A DNA stretch of 63,357 nucleotides, filler included, from Candidatus Zapsychrus exili (GCA_030765585.1; 5 parts of 5 records of this genome joined end to end with filler, not necessarily neighbours in it); one strand, 5' to 3'; shown: positions 47,701-57,983, counted from the first letter of the whole stretch. The notes: generated by a model not told the origin, from the letters alone. A program made the numbers and translations.

Positions 47701-48084
47701 CTTTGGAGCTATGCGAGATTTCTGAAACCAAGGATGTTGATCTGAGGTGTGATTGATAACAAGCTCTGTTATAACTCTTAAGCCTCTTAAATGAGCTTGT
47801 TTTAAGAATTCTTTAAAATCTTTTAAGGTTCCAAATTGGGGATTCACTTGATAATAGTCAGAGATGTCATATCCATCATCCCTCATTGGAGAAGGATAAA
47901 AAGGCAATAACCAAATTGCTGTTATACCAAGACTCTTTAGATAATCTAGCTTTTCTGTTAACCCTTTAAAATCTCCGATACCATCATCGTTACCGTCAAA
48001 GAAAGTTTTTACATGTAACTGATAAACTACAGCATCTTTATACCATAACGGATTACTTTTAATACTATTACGTGAAGCACTCAT
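44764..48084 (-). CDS. treS: Trehalose synthase TreS fused to maltokinase
   Basis: WYKDAVVYQ, GLRLDAVPYL, FLRNHDELTLE; C-terminal EQSN, RIHGDYHLGQ, IDFEGEP. Confidence 0.96.
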   Translation of the reverse strand: MSASRNSIKSNPLWYKDAVVYQLHVKTFFDGNDDGIGDFKGLTEKLDYLKSLGITAIWLLPFYPSPMRDDGYDISDYYQVNPQFGTLKDFKEFLKQAHLRGLRVITELVINHTSDQHPWFQKSRIAPKKSKWRDYYVWSKDADKYKDARIIFKDFETSNWSWDAQADAYYWHRFYSHQPDLNFDNPDVQKEIFKVTDFWLGLGVDGLRLDAVPYLYEQDGTNCENLPKTHQFLQKLRTHVDKKFKDKMLLAEANQWPEDAINYFGKGKECQMAFHFPLMPRMYMALQMEDRFPIVDILEQTPDIPNNCQWAIFLRNHDELTLEMVTDEERDYMYRVYAKDSQSKINLGIRRRLVPLLGNDRKKIELMNILLFSLIGTPIIYYGDEIGMGDNHYLGDRDGVRTPMQWSPDRNAGFSNVNPQQLYLPTIIDPEYHYETINVENQDLNLSSTLWWMRRVIDMRKKLKSFGHGSLEFLFPENAKVLTFIRRKDDEIVLVVINLSRFAQSVELDLSQYKGFVPEEVFSQNKFPQIKEEPYNITLGPHNHYWLKLEEVKAQKSSKKQKKVPILNAELSWQEVFKGDNLNLLEKEVLPSYLKKCRWFGEKGSNVSHVKILENFPISTDSIVARLAILEVSFAEGSSSTYLMPFAYIKGGAAHLVTKDYLQGIVAQLNVGDEDGILYDGIYNEKLHQALLSMIAKKKKMNGIKGDVVCLKGKNFNKTFRDNLTSNVLKVEQSNSAIIYEDVFFLKFFRKIEEGINPDCEVVKFLSEKKNASFAPSFAGTIEYHSKKKGSTVLCMLENYIANQGDAWTYTKDHLGQYFEMVLSNKERSEEEIPVLTNSLLDVDIDKIPEVVLDYAGSYYFELAKLLGARTAQMHLELSSGKPSGEFTPVAFSLLYQRSVYQSMRGLTKKTFKLLNNNLKDIKSDLKSEAENTLSLETKIFGVFKKILNKKISAMKIRIHGDYHLGQVLYTGKDFQIIDFEGEPARALSERRLKRSALRDVAGMIRSFHYAAHGSILLRPTLRPENIAVLESWADVWYQHAAGVFLNEYLDTLGKSSLVPSNKDEFDMLLKTFLLEKAIYELNYELNNRPGWVSVPIKGINSIIGN

Positions 48085-48232
48085 ATTTTAGCCTTCCTTG
48101 ATAAGAAAAAATGATAAAAAACTGAAATAAAATAAACCCTAATTTTCAAGAATTCTTCCTTAAAAACCTTAAAACTTTTAAACCACCTTACTGAATCTTA
48201 CACAAAGCAATATAAAAATATGAAATTCTTTA

Positions 48233-48700
48233 TTATTTTATATCTTCTACAACCGAAACGCCTTCGGAGCTGATAAGATCTATTCTATTAATTTTAATTT
48301 TATATATTTCTATCGGCTTTAAAAAGGTTAACTTAAGACTCCTTATATTCTTTTTTCCACTAACATTATCAGAAATAGATCTAGCAGTCATTTGAGTTTG
48401 CTTTTTATGCCAGTCGCCTAAAAGTTTTTCAAATTCTTTACCAACTTTCAACACACTCGCTATTCCGTAAATGTGAAAACCTTTTACTTCTTTCATATCA
48501 AATGTGGAAATAGAAACCTTCCTATTTTCTTTTATATTCTTGTAGGAGCTATCTATAATATGGTCAACCAGATACAAATATTTATCTTTAAATTTTAAGA
48601 ATATTTTAGGAGAAACATGTGGGCATCCTTCATAATTTGCAGTGCCTAAAGTAACAAAATGTTGTTTTCGTAAGAAATATCCAAGTTTTTTCTCTAACAT
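48233..48700 (-). CDS. Pyridoxamine 5'-phosphate oxidase-like FMN-binding protein
   Basis: LGTAN..G.PHVSPK...KNIKENRKVSI. Confidence 0.75.
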   Translation of the reverse strand: MLEKKLGYFLRKQHFVTLGTANYEGCPHVSPKIFLKFKDKYLYLVDHIIDSSYKNIKENRKVSISTFDMKEVKGFHIYGIASVLKVGKEFEKLLGDWHKKQTQMTARSISDNVSGKKNIRSLKLTFLKPIEIYKIKINRIDLISSEGVSVVEDIK

Positions 48701-48784
48701 AACATAAAATCTCCTTATTGTTTATTTTGACTTAAAACATGCAAAAATCAAACTTAAAATAAGACATTAATAAATTCCAAGTAA

Positions 48785-49474
48785 TTATTTAATGATTCTT
48801 TCGCCTTTAAGCACTGCAGGAATTGAGGACACATCTATTCGTATTCCCCCGTCATGCTCTATTTTTAAAGTATAAATATTCCCCGGAACAAACATGGTAC
48901 CAGGTGCTTCTATCTGAGCATTTTTAATTCCAACAGAATCTGCCTTATCCTTATCTAGCGCATATTCCCAGAATCTTTCCCATACTTTTTGTTCAAAATC
49001 AGCTATATCATCATCTATTTTATACCCAGCAGGAATTTCATTAGCCTTCGTTATTTCATATACCTGTGTATCTTTTTCATCTAACATAAAAACCTTCCAA
49101 AAAAGAACAACGCTTTTACCTTTTAACTTATCCTTAGATTCTACAAACTTATCATAAAATCTAACTACAAGAGACTGAAACTGAATTATATTACCTGAAA
49201 ATGTAAAATATTTAGGCTCAAGTGGTACGCCACGAGAATCGTATTCTAAAAACTTAATAGTTGTAAGCATCTTTTTAGACTTTTCATCTAAGTTAACGCC
49301 TGTTACAAGAACTTCAGCTATTCTCGAATCTGAATTTAATCTTGATATAATTTCCTTTAATACGCTTTTCTCCATAATAAACTTTTGAGCGAAACTATAA
49401 AAATTAAAACATAAAAAACAAAAGACTAGTAGCAGAATTGTCCTTTTTATATATTTAGGTTTTATTTTCTTCAT
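48785..49474 (-). CDS. Hypothetical membrane-anchored protein
   Basis: N-terminal TM; 229-aa ORF. Confidence 0.75.
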   Translation of the reverse strand: MKKIKPKYIKRTILLLVFCFLCFNFYSFAQKFIMEKSVLKEIISRLNSDSRIAEVLVTGVNLDEKSKKMLTTIKFLEYDSRGVPLEPKYFTFSGNIIQFQSLVVRFYDKFVESKDKLKGKSVVLFWKVFMLDEKDTQVYEITKANEIPAGYKIDDDIADFEQKVWERFWEYALDKDKADSVGIKNAQIEAPGTMFVPGNIYTLKIEHDGGIRIDVSSIPAVLKGERIIK

Positions 49475-49792
49475 TCTTTTGTCCTTAATACTTTATTCTT
49501 ATTTTCTAAAACCACGGCCTTCCACCAGTACAAGGTTCTTCCAGAGGCGTTATTAAAGAACCATTCAGAAGCATGTAATACCCCAACTAAAGACTCCGCT
49601 TCCATTTTTACGCAAACTTTCTATATCTTTGTCGCAACCACTTAGACGTATCAATCTCCGTTAAATAAGATAATATTCTATCAAGAATTCGATATATTTC
49701 AAGATACGAATTAAACCTAGGAATAAGCTAAAAAAAGTAAAATCCTACCAAAATTAAAAGATAACTGCAATCTTGTAGAAAATCACCTGCAC

Positions 49793-50008
49793 TTAATTAT
49801 TCTTTTCTATCAATATATTTTCTTCTCTTTGAATTTCAACTAAATCGTTCTTTACAAGGCACTCTATTCCTTTTAAAACCAAATCTTCTGGCTCTTTTAA
49901 AACTTCAGATACCATTTGTTTAGCAAAAAGTCCCTTGTTATGTTCTAATAATTCTAGAATTCTACCTGCAACAATATTAACCTCTATTCTTTTAACCATA
50001 AAATACAA
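49793..50008 (-). CDS. Small winged-helix protein
   Basis: AGRILELL...VLKGIECLVK pattern; GGGAGG RBS. Confidence 0.6.
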   Translation of the reverse strand: MYFMVKRIEVNIVAGRILELLEHNKGLFAKQMVSEVLKEPEDLVLKGIECLVKNDLVEIQREENILIEKNN

Positions 50009-50044
50009 TCCTCCCTGACAACAAAAACCTATAATACATTTAAA

Positions 50045-50437
50045 TTAAAATGAAAAATTAACTATAGGAAAAAAATCTCTTTCGCCATTCTTGTGAACAT
50101 TAATAAGACCTATTTGCACTCCGTTTAACCAATCAGCTTCATTTATAATCCCAATTTGAAGTCCATTAAAATCATAACTAGAGTTATAAAATCCAACCTG
50201 CAAACCTTTCTGAACCCCTTTTGTCCTGTTTATCAGTCCTAAGTCTATTCCCGAAACATCAGCGTTTATACCATGTATAAAATTTACCCTTAAACCCTTA
50301 ACATCCTCAAATTCATTTACAATCTGTATAGGGTTTATAAAAGATACCTGCAATGGAGCGTCTGCATAAGAATTCTTAGGGCAAAATGCCATAAGGGTTG
50401 CCAATAATACAACAATTACTAAAATTGAGTTTTTCAT
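50045..50437 (-). CDS. Secreted G-x-Q-x-G-x-x-N surface-repeat protein (LA_2272-like), paralog 1
   Basis: GLQVGFYN, GLQIGIIN, GVQIGLIN; C-terminal PIVNFSF. Confidence 0.8.
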   Translation of the reverse strand: MKNSILVIVVLLATLMAFCPKNSYADAPLQVSFINPIQIVNEFEDVKGLRVNFIHGINADVSGIDLGLINRTKGVQKGLQVGFYNSSYDFNGLQIGIINEADWLNGVQIGLINVHKNGERDFFPIVNFSF

Positions 50438-50499
50438 AAAACTTCCTTTCTTTTAATTAAATATAATCTAAATTTCTCATCAAACTTCTTGTATGCTTT

Positions 50500-50660
50500 C
50501 TATATCACTTTTAAAAGCCACCTTTCTTTGAAAACTAAAATCTGGATTATTGGGTTTTAATATATATCTTGGCTCATCGAGATATGTAGAATTGTTACTA
50601 TATAGTTTTTATAGTATATTTTTTATTGCTAGACAAACAAATATCTTTGTTAATAAATGA
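50500..50660 (-). pseudogene. Degraded CarD-like gene fragment
   Basis: Reads ..KYTIKTI* and, shifted, DEPRYILKPNNPDFSFQ versus CTIKTIF..DGPTYVLKPVNAAFKFQ of 52482-53042. Confidence 0.45.
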
Positions 50661-50783
50661 CCCTGATTTTTTCTAAGTAAAACTTTAATGACCTTTGGGT
50701 ATCTAGCCTGGTAGTTCCTTCCACTAATACAAAAAATTAGAGCGAAAGTATTCTTTTATTAGAAGATTACAAATACCTTGATG

Positions 50784-51017
50784 TTATTTATGCTTCAGTA
50801 GTTCCCCGCCATTTCTTGAGTTATTTACAAATTTTAATATTTTATCATGCTGTTTAGACGGAAATATTATATCCCATCCGTTAATTCTGCCTTTAAGGTA
50901 ATAATAACAATGCAGTCTACAACCGTCCCATGTAGCTATCTCATCCTTTGCATATTGATCATCCAGAAATACCTTCCAATCATCTTGACCATATTTCCAT
51001 ATTTTATAGTTCATCAT
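50784..51017 (-). CDS. Small hypothetical protein
   Basis: 77-aa ORF with protein-like composition. Confidence 0.45.
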   Translation of the reverse strand: MMNYKIWKYGQDDWKVFLDDQYAKDEIATWDGCRLHCYYYLKGRINGWDIIFPSKQHDKILKFVNNSRNGGELLKHK

Positions 51018-51059
51018 AAGCTTCTTGAAATCTCAATAAACATTATTAGCCACTCTTAC

Positions 51060-51296
51060 TTAACATTTGTAAGATGCATACTGATTCCTTAAATTTTCCT
51101 CATTTTTTCTCTGTTGATAAATTAATATGCTTTTCTTATTATTTTCAATTACCTTTTCTTTATTTCCTAAACGATGATAGCAATGAGCTAAAAACAAATA
51201 AATTTCAGGATTCTGATTATCCACCTTTGAACCTATCTCAAGAACAGCTTTGGCATCATTTAACTTATTGGATTTTATATAAATACTACCCAACAA
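51060..51296 (-). CDS. TPR-repeat fragment (possibly a pseudogene)
   Basis: LGSIY...AKAVLE...NPEIYLFLAHCY...G TPR pattern; no clear start. Confidence 0.5.
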   Translation of the reverse strand: MLGSIYIKSNKLNDAKAVLEIGSKVDNQNPEIYLFLAHCYHRLGNKEKVIENNKKSILIYQQRKNEENLRNQYASYKC

Positions 51297-51372
51297 GGGA
51301 TAGTTTCTTATGTCATTAGGGTTCTTCCTTTTTAAACTATAATCAAATTCTAAGTATTATTACTATTGTTAA

Positions 51373-51762
51373 TTAAAATGCAAAATTGATTATAGGGAAA
51401 AAGTTCCTTTCACCTTCAGCATGAATATTAATAAGACCGATCTGTATTCCGTCAAGCCAGTCTGTTCGATTAATCAGTCCTAATTGCAAACCCGAAAAAT
51501 CAAGAGTAGAATTATATATCCCTAATTGAATGCCCTTTTGATAGCCTTTAGACTTATTAATCAATCCTATGTCGATACCAGAAACATCATCATTGACCCC
51601 ATAAATTACATTAAAACGAACACCTTTAACATCTTCACCTTCATGGACAATTTGAATTGGATTAACAAGAGATAATTGAATAGGCGCATCAGCATTTGCC
51701 TTCCCTGTTAATAAAATTCCAATAATTGACAAAATAAACAATACAGATAAAATTTTTCTCAT
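51373..51762 (-). CDS. Secreted G-x-Q-x-G-x-x-N surface-repeat protein, paralog 2
   Basis: Highly similar to 50045-50437; start MRKIL behind GAAAGGA. Confidence 0.8.
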   Translation of the reverse strand: MRKILSVLFILSIIGILLTGKANADAPIQLSLVNPIQIVHEGEDVKGVRFNVIYGVNDDVSGIDIGLINKSKGYQKGIQLGIYNSTLDFSGLQLGLINRTDWLDGIQIGLINIHAEGERNFFPIINFAF

Positions 51763-51819
51763 TTTCGTTTTCCTTTCGTTAATACATAAGTTGGCCATGA
51801 TTAATCATTATAAGCATCA

Positions 51820-52233
51820 TCAATTTATACTAAGAACTTCAACATCAAATTCTAAATTTTTGCCTGCTAATGGATGATTAAAATTAATAATACATTTTTC
51901 CTCTTTAATTTCAGTTATGGTACCTGAAATTAATTTCCCCGATTTGTCATCCTTGACCTGAACGCGTCTACCTGTTTCAAGTTTTTTTTCGTTTTTTAAA
52001 GATTCCTTTGATATTTCTTGAACTCGGCTCTCATCATATGGGATCTGGCCCTCTTTTGATGATACTTTGATTATTTTCTTATCTCCAATATTCAACCCAT
52101 CAAAGCCATCTTCTAATTTAGAAATTATTTTTCTTTCTCCATGAGTATATTCAACCTCTTGTTTACTTATTTTTGTGCCTTCTTCAACCTTAATTGTGTA
52201 GGAAAATCTTACTTTCTTTCCAATATCAATCAT
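51820..52233 (-). CDS. FKBP-type peptidylprolyl isomerase (SlyD-like)
   Basis: NFNHPLAGKNLEFDVEV motif. Confidence 0.88.
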   Translation of the reverse strand: MIDIGKKVRFSYTIKVEEGTKISKQEVEYTHGERKIISKLEDGFDGLNIGDKKIIKVSSKEGQIPYDESRVQEISKESLKNEKKLETGRRVQVKDDKSGKLISGTITEIKEEKCIINFNHPLAGKNLEFDVEVLSIN

Positions 52234-52481
52234 TCTTGTACCCTTCGTTATTACTGATTATCTTTTAATTTATCTCTTTCATGTCTTTTTTAGAAAAATC
52301 TACCCAGAAACCTAATTTGGACTGCGCGGTAACATATTCTTAATAATGTCCTATTGCTTTTTTGCAATCCTATCATTCGTAAACCCGGTTACCAATACTA
52401 TAATCATCATCTATTTAACAACTTCCCGTTGCACATACAGATAACAATACAGAAACACATAAACGAATATCTACTTTTTGT

Positions 52482-53042
52482 TTAATTTAGCGCATTTTCC
52501 CTTTCCTTCTTTGCTATCAATAGAGTTCTATAAATTGAATCCTCCGCTTCTTTTGGGCTGATATTATTTACACCGGACACTTCATCAATAAGAATTCTTT
52601 TAGCTGTTCGTAGTAAACGTACTCTTAAAAACAATGAGACAATATCGCTTAGAGCTTCCATATCTCGCATTACTTCAGCTATCTTAAGAAGATCACCAGA
52701 ATCTAATTTTTCTTTTACTTCAATATATCCCCTTATTTTACTATATGAATAACTTTCAGGACGTTCTCTTAAAGTTTCAAATAGTTTCGGCATATCTTCT
52801 TTATTGATAAGATAATGCACACCAATTTTTCTTGCTTTCTTATCAGTTAAAACCAACCTCTGAAACTTAAACGCAGCATTAACTGGTTTGAGAACATAAG
52901 TTGGACCATCACCTGTTGCATTTTTCTTATCAAAAATAGTCTTTATGGTACAAATTCCATGTCCTGGATAATGAACTGTGTCTCCGATATTAAACATAAT
53001 TGACCTAAATGAAGAATTTATATTTGTTAATAAAATCTTCAT
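52482..53042 (-). CDS. CarD family transcriptional regulator
   Basis: FNIGDTVHYPGHGIC; SGDLLKIAEVMRD; AKRILIDEV. Confidence 0.85.
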   Translation of the reverse strand: MKILLTNINSSFRSIMFNIGDTVHYPGHGICTIKTIFDKKNATGDGPTYVLKPVNAAFKFQRLVLTDKKARKIGVHYLINKEDMPKLFETLRERPESYSYSKIRGYIEVKEKLDSGDLLKIAEVMRDMEALSDIVSLFLRVRLLRTAKRILIDEVSGVNNISPKEAEDSIYRTLLIAKKERENALN

Positions 53043-53434
53043 TTCCTTTTCATATTTTTCTTGAGATTATCTTCAATTGCTGAAATCACTTCTAATGGTT
53101 TTAACGGTTTTTTAAGACATGTTTTGACTTTGCATTCTTCGCGCAAAACCTTATAATCTCTTTCTTCATAAAATGCTGTTATAGCAATAATCTTGAGATC
53201 TTTTGTTTTTTCATTGGATCTTAATTCTTTAGCAACATCAATGCCGCTCTCATCCCCCAAACAAATATCAAGCAATAAAATATCCGGTTTAATCTTAGCG
53301 ATTTGTTTAATGGCTGTTTTTGGACGCGAAAAAACGCAAGGTTCATAACCGCACAATTTCAATGTTTCAGAAAACTGTTTTAAGAACTCCCGATTATCAT
53401 CAATAATCATTACTTTTTTTTGCTTCATAGTCAT
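53039..53434 (-). CDS. Single-domain response regulator
   Basis: VMIIDDN, LLLDI, IIAITA, KKP. Confidence 0.9.
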   Translation of the reverse strand: MTMKQKKVMIIDDNREFLKQFSETLKLCGYEPCVFSRPKTAIKQIAKIKPDILLLDICLGDESGIDVAKELRSNEKTKDLKIIAITAFYEERDYKVLREECKVKTCLKKPLKPLEVISAIEDNLKKNMKRK

Positions 53435-53555
53435 TTAACTCCTTCTGTTCCCTATTGTTTACATTATAGAACATTTAAGAAATTAGTTAATAGCCGCATT
53501 CCTCAAAACATCATCTTCATTCCACTTGTTTTATTAAAATGATTTAATACCAAAT

Positions 53556-53584
53556 AAAAAAAAGGAAGCGATTAGCTTCCTTTT
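53556..53584. terminator. Intrinsic terminator
   Basis: AAAAGGAAGC-GATTA-GCTTCCTTTT with A/T runs. Confidence 0.75.
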
Positions 53585-53617
53585 AGAATATTGTACATGT
53601 AATGAATGAACGTATTT

Positions 53618-54203
53618 TTACTTTTTAGACTTAATTGGCAATTTTACTGTTACTGTAGCTCCTTTTCCTTGTTGACTATCGATTTGAATTTCCCCTCTAT
53701 GAAGTTCAATTAATTGCTTACAAACAGCTAATCCAAGTCCTGTCCCACCTGATTTTCTGGTGAAGAACGGATCAAAAACTTTATTTAGAAACTGACTTGG
53801 TATGCCCGAACCATTATCTTTTATTTTAACTTCTATTGTTTGCCCTTTAATAAGGCTGCCCTCTACAGAAATTGTACCCTTCTTCCCTTTAAGAGATTGA
53901 TAAGAATTGCATAACAAGTTAGTAAATATTTGTTTTATTTGCAATTGATCAACTTCGGCCAAAACATTTTTTAAGCTGGAATAATATCTTGATATTATGT
54001 CCTTTCTCTTGCGGAATCTTTTCTCTGTCGTTTCAACGCAATCATTTAGAATTTCATAAATTCTTTCTTTTTCAAAAGCAGGCGCTTTAATGCGGGCATA
54101 TTTTAACAGGCTATCAATAATTGCTTCACTATCAAGAAGTTTACGCTCGATACTTTTTATATTATCTTTTAATGTGGGATCATTACTTTTCTTTTTTATA
54201 TTC
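53618..54203 (-). CDS. Sensor histidine kinase, C-terminal part (truncated by contig edge)
   Basis: Frame open to the gap; DNGSGI, FFTRKSGGTGLGL HATPase motifs. Confidence 0.88.
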
Positions 54204-54303
54204 NNNNNNNNNNNNNNNNNNNNNNNNNNNNNNNNNNNNNNNNNNNNTTAATTAATTAANNNNNNNNNNNNNNNNNNNNNNNNNNNNNNNNNNNNNNNNN
54301 NNN
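54204..54303. other. Artificial contig spacer
   Basis: N-run with TTAATTAATTAA core. Confidence 0.99.
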
Positions 54304-57300
54304 AATATTAGGGTCACTTTCGGATATTTTATTAATATCCACCTGATGATAATAAATTGTTTTAGGTTGTTTAAAATTATCAAGAAATGAGATTTTATAC
54401 ATTTTGTAAGGAAAATTTTTAACCAACACAACATCAACTTCTGTATATCCACGATATTCCAAATTTATTTTAATAAAAGGCTCCATACCTATTTGCGGTT
54501 TTACGAAAGAATACAGTATATTACTCTGCAAAACACTTGGAATAAATCTAGCATGCTCAATATATCCTATATAAAGTTTCTTCATAATATCAAAAGCCTC
54601 TTGGCCAGATATATTGCCAAAATTACGCTCATCAAGAGTCATCCATTTTAAATCTTTAATTTCAAACGGCACGCGAAATGGCATTAAATTAATAAAATGG
54701 ACTTCTTCTAAATTTGGAAACATATCGAATATCTTTAAGTCAAGTCCACCAGGATAAATTGCTTTCCTTGATTGAAACTGAAAATTCTCATAATAATTAG
54801 CGCGCGACAAAAGAAAACTTTTTGCCTCAGACAACCTACCGCTTGCATATAATTTCTCAAAAGTTCTCTTATCCCGCTCCGAAGAAAAAAGCCTCAATAA
54901 ATTCTTAATTCCTAAAGGAAATTCTTTAGTTCTAAAATTATTCTGAACATAACCTTGCTCTTCTGTTATCATTGCATTATCAAAACCGTAAGCTTTGTCC
55001 TTATTGTAAACAGATACGAGAATCGATTTATAATCTCCGCTAAAGGCAACATCATGTGCTGAATCATCAAGTTTCAAAGGAACACTTACATCTCTACCAT
55101 CTATTCTCTTAAACTTTAAATAACTAAAAATATCCATATAATAGAGAAAGAAGTGTTTGATATTCTTATCAAACTGCTGCTCCAGTGTAGCTGTTCCAGA
55201 AAAAGATTCTTTTACAATATCAGACATCTCAGCCATACCTCTGCTATTAGTACTACCAGAATTTATACTAGTATAACAAAGACAAAAGGCATAAATACCA
55301 TCGATAGAAACAAACTCATTATATATGTCTGCTATTATCTTTACTTTGTCTTTAATGTAAGGAAAGATATTGTCTCCGAACAAAACTAAATCAAACTTTT
55401 TACCAGAAAGTTTCTCTGATCTTTGTTGCTCATTCTCAATATCTAAAATAACAACCTTGATTCTTTTTTCTGCCTCTGCAATTTCTCCCGAAGAATACCC
55501 TTTCTTTTTCAAATTCGTATAAATCTCAGATCTATAATTCCACAGCTCGTTTTCTTTATTAACAGCCTGTATCTCTAGATTAGGATACTTAATTGCCATC
55601 TCAACAGTAGCTACCCCAAAGCCTACACCTACAAAAAGTACTTTTTGTTTAGAGTCTTTTCTTTCTTCTAAATCTTTTGTTATATTGTAAATTTCATCAA
55701 GATTTGAATAATCCCTATTAAACCAATTTGGATGTTTCTCGTAGACTGAATTAAAATTAAGTGCTATTCTAAAAACATCTCCTTCAATTTCTGGATATCC
55801 TTTATTTTTTATCGCTATATCATAATTTTTCTTAACTAATAAAGCTTGTTTTTCTGGAGTTAAACCAATAGTTTTAAATCCATATCTACTAAAACGCTCT
55901 ATAAACACCTGATTATTAGTATCGCCAACAATGCCTGTATAGCCAGCATTTTTTATAGCGTCAATAGTCTCAGCAGAAAAAAACTGGCCTAAGAGATACA
56001 AGATATTTCTTGGCTTAATTCCGTCAATATGCATATCAAGAACTTTATCTCCAGCCTCAAATAGGCCTTCGTACTCTTTAACATCATATATAAATTTTTC
56101 CTCAACTATAAGCTTCGCACCTCCCCTTTCTAAATAAAAATCCTCAATAATCTCCTCACCTTCATAATGAAATAAATTCATTTTAAAACCAAGCCTCATG
56201 AATGCTTCATAATTCTTATCTCCAGAAATCATTCTTCCAGGAAAGGTTCTATCGTCATATTTTTCTTTAAAAGCTTTCTTGTTTTTAACATTTGTGTTAC
56301 TAAAAATACCTTTTATATTCAGTAAAGAATCTGGCTTGATAGATATCATTGCGTAATCATTTGTAATCTCAAGCGGAACATTTAAAGTAAGTCCACCGGA
56401 GAAATATTTGCGTGGCACAATTTCTTGAGCCTTAGGATCATATTCTTCTTTTATTTGATTAAAGGCGCCCTCCTTAAAAGCCTGTAAGTATTTTTCGTAT
56501 ATCTTGTCTGGGGTCATCATTGCGAGCGTATTTTGCGAAGCAATCTCATCGCTAGAGATTGCCACGTCGCTTGCGCTCCTCGCAATGACAGGATCAGAAA
56601 GCCCTTCTATCTTTTTTCTATTAGAATAATTTTTATTTAAAATACTACTTTTAAGCTTTTTCTTATACCAAGTCGCAAGTATCAAAGAATTATATATCTG
56701 ACGAAGTGGCGCAAAATGCGCACCCTCATTTACTTCACGTTCTAGTTCGGGAATAATCACAGACTTGATTATATTTGTTGCGTCATTGCGAGGAGTCGAA
56801 GACGACGAAGCAATCTCATCTTCTTCTGAGATTGCCGCGCTCTGCTTTGCAGAGCTCGCAATGACATCCTCTAGATATTCTTCTTCTAGCAGTACTTTTA
56901 ATTTGGCTTCAACCACAAACGCTCGATCACCGTTTTCATACACAACAGCCTTTTCTGGCACAATCCAAACACGACTAAGCGCATCCGTTGGTATATCTGT
57001 TGTTCCATATTGCTCTTTCGCTTGAGCGTATATCTTATCCCAAAACTTCTTACCCGCCTCTGTCTCTGGGTGCATTAAAGATGAGGTTATTTGTTTTAAG
57101 ATATAATCTTGTAACAAAAGGTCTTTCCCCATTTGAGTAGACCCGAACTCATCAGAAACTATTCTATTAGGCTGTTTAGGATTTAGATTGACCCACAAAT
57201 CACTTTCAGGCATTGTCAAAGACGCCAGAAAATATCTAATAAGTTTATCTGCTTCAGCCTTTAAATCATCGCCTTGAAATGAAGAATCACCCTTATCTAA

Positions 57301-57537
57301 TAAAAAATCAAATTCAAAAGGCTTTTGAGGATTAACAATAATTCCTTTTAACATAGCTGGTTGTATAAGCATTTCGCTAGGCTGCGCTAAACTAGTGGCT
57401 GTTAAAGAAAGGCTAATATTTTGAGCATAAGAATTACTAGGAAAGACAAACTGGGACGAGGCAAAAGCTATTATTAATATAGATACAATAGCTTTATAAA
57501 ATAACTTAACTTTTTTATTTTTAATATATAACAACAT
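54304..57537 (-). CDS. Giant modular secreted protein, paralog of 9075-14627, 3'-truncated
   Basis: Signal ..SYAQ; shared N-domain (PFEFDFLLD, DLWVNL, QDYILKQ, VWIVPE, EVNEG.HFA.LRQIY, KYFSGG); DYAM and DNAM; MTase module VLFVGVGFG. Confidence 0.85.
56516..56589. repeat. In-frame palindromic element copy B
   Basis: ATCATTGCGAG...GAAGCAATCTC...GAGATTGCCAC...CTCGCAATGAC; encodes VIARSASDVAISSDEIASQNTLAMM. Confidence 0.85.
56782..56865. repeat. In-frame palindromic element copy C
   Basis: GTCATTGCGAG...GAAGCAATCTC...GAGATTGCCGC...CTCGCAATGAC; encodes VIASSAKQSAAISEEDEIASSSSTPRND. Confidence 0.85.
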
Positions 57538-57755
57538 ATTTTTTGTTATTAATATTTATATTAATATTATTAAAACTAATTAAAGTATGCCATATTTGGA
57601 AGGATTTTGCAAAAATAACGGGGACAGACGAGGGCCTGTTGTACTAGCTCACTAATTCGGTAACTCTTTTTAGTTTATCAAAAGGGGTCTCATAGTTCAA
57701 GCACCCATGTCTACGAAGATGATTATATTCAAAAATATAATTACCTAAGTTAAGC

Positions 57756-57855
57756 NNNNNNNNNNNNNNNNNNNNNNNNNNNNNNNNNNNNNNNNNNNNT
57801 TAATTAATTAANNNNNNNNNNNNNNNNNNNNNNNNNNNNNNNNNNNNNNNNNNNN
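57756..57855. other. Artificial contig spacer
   Basis: N-run with TTAATTAATTAA core. Confidence 0.99.
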
Positions 57856-57857
57856 CG

Positions 57858-57983
57858 GATAAACCATTGTTTAAGATGAACCAAGAAGAAATAACCAAGC
57901 TGGGAGAATGCTTTCTTGAATCCATGTTGGAGAAGGATTTTGATTCGACGGAAAAAGTTAGTGAAGCGGACCTCCCGTTCTAA
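57858..57983 (+). CDS. C-terminal fragment of a phage-like protein with an acidic DLPF tail (SSB-like)
   Basis: Manual translation ...MLEKDFDSTEKVSEADLPF*. Confidence 0.45.
   Translation, partial: DKPLFKMNQEEITKLGECFLESMLEKDFDSTEKVSEADLPF

Noticed and set aside
50045..51762. Paralog pair as a possible DGR template/variable repeat
   Set aside because: Differences are not adenine-specific, both copies are full genes, and no reverse transcriptase is in the window
52255..52410. Possible response-regulator remnant (IIVLVTGF...)
   Set aside because: Similarity too short and interrupted to support a call
54252..54452. ORFs extending into N-runs (also 60366-60725 and 60469-60717)
   Set aside because: Gap artefacts; the real genes were trimmed to contig edges
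57620..57716. Possible 6S RNA
   Set aside because: Too short and lacks a convincing central bubble; kept only as an unassigned hairpin
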